48,833 bases of DNA from a virus. Taxonomy: Duplodnaviria > Caudoviricetes. The stretch covers positions 1 through 48,833 of IMG/VR virus record IMGVR_UViG_3300016667_000424; one strand, written 5' to 3'. Shown in pieces: positions 43,968-48,833 of the stretch. The notes under the pieces were generated by a model, which was not told where the DNA came from, did not search any database, and saw only the letters and a list, made by a program, of their open reading frames with translations. The translations under genes were made by a program, and so were the position numbers. Every line of letters begins with the position of its first letter. The stretch's first letter is position 1.

Positions 43968-44209
43968 ACGACGAAATCAACAGGCTCGGCTTCGACGCTT
44001 GGGCCGACAACAAGATGATGAACGCCATCGAGGACCACGTGTATCAGGGAGTTGGATACGCACAGCGTGAAGCTGACGACTACAACCTCCACATCAAGTG
44101 GGACGACAAGCACATCACCTGCGTCATCCGCGCCCACACGGACGCTGGATGGCAGACCTACGAGAAGCAGATTAAGCGATGCCACAGAAACGAAGGCCAG
44201 AAAGGCTGA
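43964..44209 (+). CDS. Hypothetical protein (81 aa)
   Basis: ATGA-coupled, codon bias. Confidence 0.7.
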   Translation: MNDEINRLGFDAWADNKMMNAIEDHVYQGVGYAQREADDYNLHIKWDDKHITCVIRAHTDAGWQTYEKQIKRCHRNEGQKG

Positions 44210-44346
44210 AGCCCGGCCTTAAGCTCCTGACCCCGCACGAACAAAAAATCGTGGCAAACCATGGCAGGGAGGTGCTGGAAATGTGGAAGTCGTTGTATGC
44301 CAAGAACAAGTGGACTCCACAGCCGGACGCAAAAAAGACGAAATAA
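44179..44346 (+). CDS. Basic hypothetical protein (55 aa, MPQKRRPERL...)
   Basis: Hand-read ORF below the track's size cutoff; fills the gap. Confidence 0.55.
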   Translation: MPQKRRPERLKPGLKLLTPHEQKIVANHGREVLEMWKSLYAKNKWTPQPDAKKTK

Positions 44347-44435
44347 AACTTGTATCGAACTACAAAAGCTATTCTATCCATCACCTCGACGCTGTTAATT
44401 CAGCGTATCACTAACGACAACCAACCACACGGAAC

Positions 44436-44675
44436 ATGACCAATATCAACATCGATTACGTCAACGCCCGTATCGCCGACCTCCAAAAGGAAATCGATAC
44501 CATCAAGTCCGAGAAGGCCAACCTTGAGAACCCGACCATCAAAGGTCTGGGCATCAAGTTCGACCAACTCGACCTGAGCAAAGCCTCCGCTGTCATCCAC
44601 CTCCACAACGCTCTCATCGAGCGCGTCGAGGAACTGACGGCGAAGGTTCAGGCCCTCGAAGCGAAAGCCAAGTAA
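44436..44675 (+). CDS. Coiled-coil hypothetical protein (79 aa)
   Basis: Codon bias, AC-rich leader. Confidence 0.8.
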   Translation: MTNINIDYVNARIADLQKEIDTIKSEKANLENPTIKGLGIKFDQLDLSKASAVIHLHNALIERVEELTAKVQALEAKAK

Positions 44676-44720
44676 GCCCAAGGGGGTGCAAAGCCCCCAC
44701 CACTTTCCACACGCACACAC

Positions 44721-44921
44721 ATGAGCACCAAGCAAGAAAAACGCCGAGACAACCTCAACGAGCACCTGTGCAAGTTGATGATTGAACTCAAGGACTACGT
44801 CAAAGCCAAGCGAGCCGAATACCGAAAGAAGCCGGTCTACCTGCAGAAGGATTCCGACATCTGCGTCGATAGGCTCAGGGACGCTTTTAACGTCTTCATC
44901 AACGAAACCTACCGCGACTAA
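44721..44921 (+). CDS. Hypothetical protein (66 aa)
   Basis: Hairpin plus AC-rich leader; TAATG coupling to the next gene. Confidence 0.75.
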   Translation: MSTKQEKRRDNLNEHLCKLMIELKDYVKAKRAEYRKKPVYLQKDSDICVDRLRDAFNVFINETYRD

Positions 44922-45211
44922 TGAGCGACAAGACTAACCAGTCCTACAACGGCTATGCCACCCACGAAACGTGGGAGGTCGCCAACTACATCTCTAACGA
45001 CCCTCACCTGTACGACCTGTGCAAGCAGTTCTACGAATCCGGGTACACGTCGTGGGGTAGCCTCAGCCTCAAGCTTATGGAGTTCGGACGCCATTGGCAG
45101 TCCGTCAACAACCCAATCCGCATCGACCTGCGCGACCAGCACGTCAAGGCCGCCGAGATTACCAAACTCCTCAAAGACCTCTTCCATGAAACCCAAAAAC
45201 GCAAACGATAA
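44921..45211 (+). CDS. Conserved phage early protein of YNG...ETW type (96 aa)
   Basis: YNGYATHETWEVANYISNDPHLY. Confidence 0.75.
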   Translation: MSDKTNQSYNGYATHETWEVANYISNDPHLYDLCKQFYESGYTSWGSLSLKLMEFGRHWQSVNNPIRIDLRDQHVKAAEITKLLKDLFHETQKRKR

Positions 45212-45374
45212 CAACTCCAAGCTCCTGTGGGTCAAGGTCCCGGAGCCTCACGCAACCAAGCTTAAAGACACCGCCGAAAAAATCGGCATCTCTAGGGCTG
45301 ACTTCATGAGGCTCATCCTTATCAACTTTGTGAGCAACGAAACCAACTCCATCAACATCTCCACCCAAAAATAA
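45186..45374 (+). CDS. Ribbon-helix-helix DNA-binding protein (62 aa)
   Basis: LLWVKVPE..ATKLKDTAEKIGISRADFMRLIL. Confidence 0.75.
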   Translation: MKPKNANDNNSKLLWVKVPEPHATKLKDTAEKIGISRADFMRLILINFVSNETNSINISTQK

Positions 45375-46120
45375 TGAGCACTAACATCACGCCAGAATTC
45401 GCGGCCGCTTACGTCGCCGCAATCGCACAGACCCGCGACGTCGTCGCCGACGCCGAGAACCCGTTCCACAAGAACTCGTACGCCACGCTCGGCGCCCACA
45501 TCTCGGCCACCAAGGCCATCTTCGCACAGCACGGACTGGCCATCGTCCAGTTCCCCGTCTCGAACAGCGTCAACCGAGGTGAAATCGGAGTCGAGACCAT
45601 GGTCGTCCACCAGAGCGGAGGCTACTTCTCTCGCACCATCCTCATGCCCGTCGAGGAGAAGGTCAAAGGTCAGGACGTCGGCTCGCTCATCTCGTACCTG
45701 AGGCGTTACGCCATCGCGTCCGTCGCAAATCTGGCCACGGCTGATGACGACGCAGAGGCTGACCGCGAGGTCCGCACCATCGCCGCTCCTAAGCTTATCC
45801 AGCTTCCCAAGGAGGCCCCGAAGGCGTCGGCTCCCGCTCCGGCTCCCGCTCCCAAGGCGTCGGCCCCCATCGTCGCTCCGGGTAGCAACAGCGCCCTCGC
45901 TGAGGCTTTGGACTTCATCCTGCCGTTTGGCAAGAACAAGGGCTCTCGTCTCGGCGACCTCGCCAAGAACTCCCTCGATTGGTACATCAAGGAGTATCAG
46001 CCGAAGCCTTACAACGGCAAGATTAGCGACAAGGACATCGCTCTTCGTGCGGCCCTCGACCTGATTCGAGACGCCCGCGAATCCACGGAAATCATCTCCT
46101 CGGACGACGTCCCCTTCTAA
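45374..46120 (+). CDS. erf: ERF-family ssDNA annealing protein with an SSB-like C-terminal tip
   Basis: NPFHKNSYATL, ETMVVHQSG, GSLISYLRRY, DDDA; ends in DDVPF. Confidence 0.9.
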   Translation: MSTNITPEFAAAYVAAIAQTRDVVADAENPFHKNSYATLGAHISATKAIFAQHGLAIVQFPVSNSVNRGEIGVETMVVHQSGGYFSRTILMPVEEKVKGQDVGSLISYLRRYAIASVANLATADDDAEADREVRTIAAPKLIQLPKEAPKASAPAPAPAPKASAPIVAPGSNSALAEALDFILPFGKNKGSRLGDLAKNSLDWYIKEYQPKPYNGKISDKDIALRAALDLIRDARESTEIISSDDVPF

Positions 46121-46127
46121 ACCCTCT

Positions 46128-46199
46128 GGCCTCATCGTTCAACGGATAGGACAGGCGTTTCCTAAACGCTAAATCTAGGTTCGATTCCTAGTGGGGCCA
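46128..46199 (+). tRNA. tRNA-Arg(CCU), CCA not encoded
   Basis: Acceptor GGCCTCA/TGGGGCC, D-arm GTTC/GGAC, anticodon arm GGCGT-TTCCTAA-ACGCT, T-arm CTAGG-TTCGATT-CCTAG. Confidence 0.95.
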
Positions 46200-46222
46200 T
46201 AATTTTTCACCCGCACACGCAC

Positions 46223-46639
46223 ATGCTCAACAGCACGAACAACCAGACCGCACAGGCACCCCGCCAGCGGTATCACCGCAACGTCGGAGACCGCAAGGTC
46301 ATCCACATCAACCCGGAACTCATCGGGAACATCGCTGGGAACGAAGTCATCAGCACTTCGGTCTCCAATGATGTCCTGACCGAGCTCGAAGCCCTCTGCG
46401 TCGCCACCGGCGTCAGTCGCTCCGAAATCATCCGTGGTGCAGTCGTCCGCGAAATCGCTTTCCGGAAGTACTGCGAGACCGCTAAGGTCAAGGACGTCAC
46501 AGTCCTTTGTGGATACAAGCCGAGCGAGAAGCCTCGTACCAAGAACGAGGCCCGCGAACTTAAGCAGAAGCAAAAGAAGGAGCCGAAGCTTACTCACGCC
46601 CAGCGCGAGTACCTGAAGCGAATTCTCGCCGAAGCCTGA
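46223..46639 (+). CDS. CopG/RHH-containing regulator (138 aa)
   Basis: ISTSVSNDVLTELEALCVATGVSRSEIIRGAV. Confidence 0.75.
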   Translation: MLNSTNNQTAQAPRQRYHRNVGDRKVIHINPELIGNIAGNEVISTSVSNDVLTELEALCVATGVSRSEIIRGAVVREIAFRKYCETAKVKDVTVLCGYKPSEKPRTKNEARELKQKQKKEPKLTHAQREYLKRILAEA

Positions 46640-46652
46640 TACCTAGGCACAG

Positions 46653-46690
46653 CAAACAACAAGGGCCCCACACGGGGCCCTTTCTGTTTG
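46653..46690. terminator. Probable bidirectional intrinsic terminator between the convergent early and late units
   Basis: AAGGGCCCC-ACAC-GGGGCCCTT with A-rich 5' and T-rich 3' flanks. Confidence 0.8.
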
Positions 46691-46770
46691 TGGAAGGGCG
46701 GACTGACCAGCAGTCCATTAAGGCTTTGCCACCCCCACGACACACGCACGGGTTTAACCGAGGTGAGACT

Positions 46771-47484
46771 CTATGCTTGCGGGCTCTCTGGGCTTCGCAA
46801 GCGACATTTTACTTCCTTGTGGGTATGCAGGCCAGCGTACATGCCGTAAGCCATCCCTAGGAGGATGCAGGCACCGAAGGCCCACCTGAACCATTCGGAC
46901 TCCACGACGTCCCTCAGTACGAAGGGCGTGGCCGCACAGACACCGGACATGATGAACATGACCACGCCAGCCCTGAGCCCTTTGCCGATGAACGTATTTG
47001 CAACCACGAAAGCTGCCCCTGCGAATCCGAACACCATAGCCATCAGCAAAAACTTGTCGGACACCTTCTGCCATTCCTTCTCCTTGTTCATGGCCTTGAT
47101 GCTGTCCTTGAGCTCGTTGTTCTCCTTGTCCATCTGGGCGATGCGATTCGCCATCTTGGTAGTCTCTTCGTCCACCTTCTTGGCCTTGGCCTGTTCCGTC
47201 TCCATGGCTTTGGCGCTGGCCAGCGTAGCCTCGAACTTGCTGACCTGTTCCGCCGTCGGCTTCTTGATGCCAGACAGCCGTGTCTCGGTCAGGTCGAGCA
47301 GAGGCTTGCCCTTGCCCTCCACGTTCTTCTTGGCGACTACGATGGCCGCGGCTCCCTCGCTGGCCTCATGCTCAAGCCTGTCCACATAGGCGTCACGGGT
47401 CTTGGTGGCTGGCTCAGGCGTAGGCATCGGGGCTGGCTTGGTGGCGCAACCGACGAGCAGGAGGGACAGGATGATGGCTCTCAT
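46771..47484 (-). CDS. Lipoprotein with coiled coil and C-terminal TM helices; unimolecular-spanin candidate
   Basis: Lipobox LLVG-C13; three hydrophobic segments near the C-terminus; follows the holin. Confidence 0.65.
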   Translation of the reverse strand: MRAIILSLLLVGCATKPAPMPTPEPATKTRDAYVDRLEHEASEGAAAIVVAKKNVEGKGKPLLDLTETRLSGIKKPTAEQVSKFEATLASAKAMETEQAKAKKVDEETTKMANRIAQMDKENNELKDSIKAMNKEKEWQKVSDKFLLMAMVFGFAGAAFVVANTFIGKGLRAGVVMFIMSGVCAATPFVLRDVVESEWFRWAFGACILLGMAYGMYAGLHTHKEVKCRLRSPESPQA

Positions 47485-47762
47485 TTGATTCGCAGGACAC
47501 GGCGACGCATCAGCTCGACGACCTCAGGTGCGAACGTTCCGCACACGCTGTAGATGACAGCCTCGTAGATGGGAGGCACAAGGCCGTGCACGGCGAAGTA
47601 GGCGATGATGCCAATGATGGCACCGGCCATGGTACGCCTTACCCATACGACCCAGCTGTGCTCTTCGTCGCTGATGAGCAGACGAAGCAAGGCACCCATG
47701 GCACCGAGCGCCGCCATGAGCCACCCGCTATCCTTCAGGTCATCTAATGGGTCTGGATTCAT
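47481..47762 (-). CDS. Holin (93 aa, three TM segments)
   Basis: AALGAMGALLR, AGAIIGIIAYF, AVIYSVCG; basic C-terminus. Confidence 0.75.
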   Translation of the reverse strand: MNPDPLDDLKDSGWLMAALGAMGALLRLLISDEEHSWVVWVRRTMAGAIIGIIAYFAVHGLVPPIYEAVIYSVCGTFAPEVVELMRRRVLRIK

Positions 47763-48833
47763 CTTCGTTGTTCCTCTTCGGGGTTGCGAACCAGCGGTAA
47801 GTACTGCTCATGGCACGGACCTTGCCTTCCTTGCTGTTGTCCGCGAGGGACATCAGTCCGACGCCCTCGACAATTAGCTTGGCCATTTCGGCGGCATGCA
47901 TCTGCGTCGGGAACTTTGGCTTGATGACCATCATCGGGCCCGTGAATCCGGCGATACGGACCATGCCAGCCGCGGTTTCGTCATGGGACGAGAGCTTTGT
48001 GATTCCCATGGCATGCATCTGCAACGGGATGGGTGCTTTCCAAGTGATGGTGCCATGTTGAACGGAGGCGGGACCAATGGCATCGCCATTAGCAAGCCTG
48101 CCTCTGTCCTTCGACAGCATGGCCGCACGTTCCGCGAGCTGGGAGGAGGGATTGACGTCGGTATCATACGGACCCATGAAGGCCTCGTCATACTTGCCAG
48201 CGTTCCAATCGCTCTTGCTGAACGATGCTAGGCCAGCTCCTTCGACGATGTCCTCCATTCCCCTCCAAGATTCGGTGGCCCTGTTGTTTTCCTTCATCAG
48301 CTTGATGACGGCATGCCTGTCAGCTCCCATGCTAGCCTGCATGAAAGCTTCCATGACATAGGCTCCGATACGCCCGTACTGCTTCAGGAAGACAGTAAGA
48401 TGCGGAACGTTGCCTAGGTACTTTGAGGACTGAGCCGCCCTTTCTTCGGCCTCTGCCAGAGTGGCAATCTTCTCGAACAAGACCTTCCCGTTCGGCGCAA
48501 GGACGACATAGGTCTTGTCATTGGCCATGGCGATGGAAGCCTTCTCGAAGGCATCGTGGGAGACGGCTTCGATGGATTTCCTAGGATTGCCAGCGTAGTA
48601 GTACTCATTGAGCCAACCGGGAGCCCCATAGTTGACCGCATAGCCATGTGTCTTGTCATACGGCAACGAGACGAGCAGACCCTCAGGAGCGTCCTTCATC
48701 TTGGCCATACGCTTCCTCATGTCGTCGGCATCATTTACGTTTCCGAACGTCGCATCCATCGACTGCTGGCTTCCAGCGTTGTTCCTATACTCGCTGGCGA
48801 TATGTTCGATGGCCCTGCCGAAGCTGGTCTTCT
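47740..48833 (-). CDS. C-terminal part of the giant protein that starts at 16258
   Basis: In frame across the terminal repeat; stop at 47740. Confidence 0.9.
   Translation of the reverse strand, partial: KTSFGRAIEHIASEYRNNAGSQQSMDATFGNVNDADDMRKRMAKMKDAPEGLLVSLPYDKTHGYAVNYGAPGWLNEYYYAGNPRKSIEAVSHDAFEKASIAMANDKTYVVLAPNGKVLFEKIATLAEAEERAAQSSKYLGNVPHLTVFLKQYGRIGAYVMEAFMQASMGADRHAVIKLMKENNRATESWRGMEDIVEGAGLASFSKSDWNAGKYDEAFMGPYDTDVNPSSQLAERAAMLSKDRGRLANGDAIGPASVQHGTITWKAPIPLQMHAMGITKLSSHDETAAGMVRIAGFTGPMMVIKPKFPTQMHAAEMAKLIVEGVGLMSLADNSKEGKVRAMSSTYRWFATPKRNNEDESRPIR
48636..48833. repeat. Terminal direct repeat, right copy
   Basis: Matches 1-198 with one mismatch. Confidence 0.97.

Noticed and set aside
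46754-47074. Alternative-frame ORF inside the spanin candidate as an embedded Rz1
   Set aside because: No lipobox or signal peptide
1-48833. Stop-codon reassignment as an explanation for the apparently ORF-poor first 16 kb
   Set aside because: The standard code gives one continuous frame there, and standard stops end the other genes; no clear suppressor tRNA

Overview
The window is essentially one complete, circularly permuted tailed-phage genome of about 48,635 bp with a podovirus-like layout. Bases 1-198 recur at 48636-48833 with one mismatch. The minus strand carries a translationally coupled late operon: RusA, several basic proteins, TerL, portal, scaffold, DUF5309/SU10-type capsid, adaptor, three fibre/RBP candidates, nozzle and ejection proteins. 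It ends in a giant gene of about 17.15 kb (about 5,717 aa) that the ORF track missed because it runs off the left edge and re-enters at the right edge, followed by a holin and a lipoprotein spanin candidate. The giant protein has two zincin metallopeptidase motifs, polyvalent-protein-type modules and a recurring SIA[G/D] linker that may be a self-cleavage site. The plus strand (39.4-46.6 kb) carries early genes: RecE-like exonuclease, wHTH initiator, DnaC-like ATPase, Erf annealase, RHH regulators and tRNA-Arg(CCU). The most unusual part is an array of three RNAs at 39464-39761, each ending in ACCA: an atypical tRNA-Val(CAC), a 71-nt tmRNA-TLD-like RNA with G3:U70 and no message domain, and a structured RNA whose three-way-junction core recurs at 40864-40930. 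I recognised no integrase or DNA polymerase, but a XerC/D dif-like site lies right after the terS-like gene. GATC and CCWGG appear strongly depleted. All family calls are by-eye motif recognition with no searches run, and I hand-translated only part of the giant ORF.
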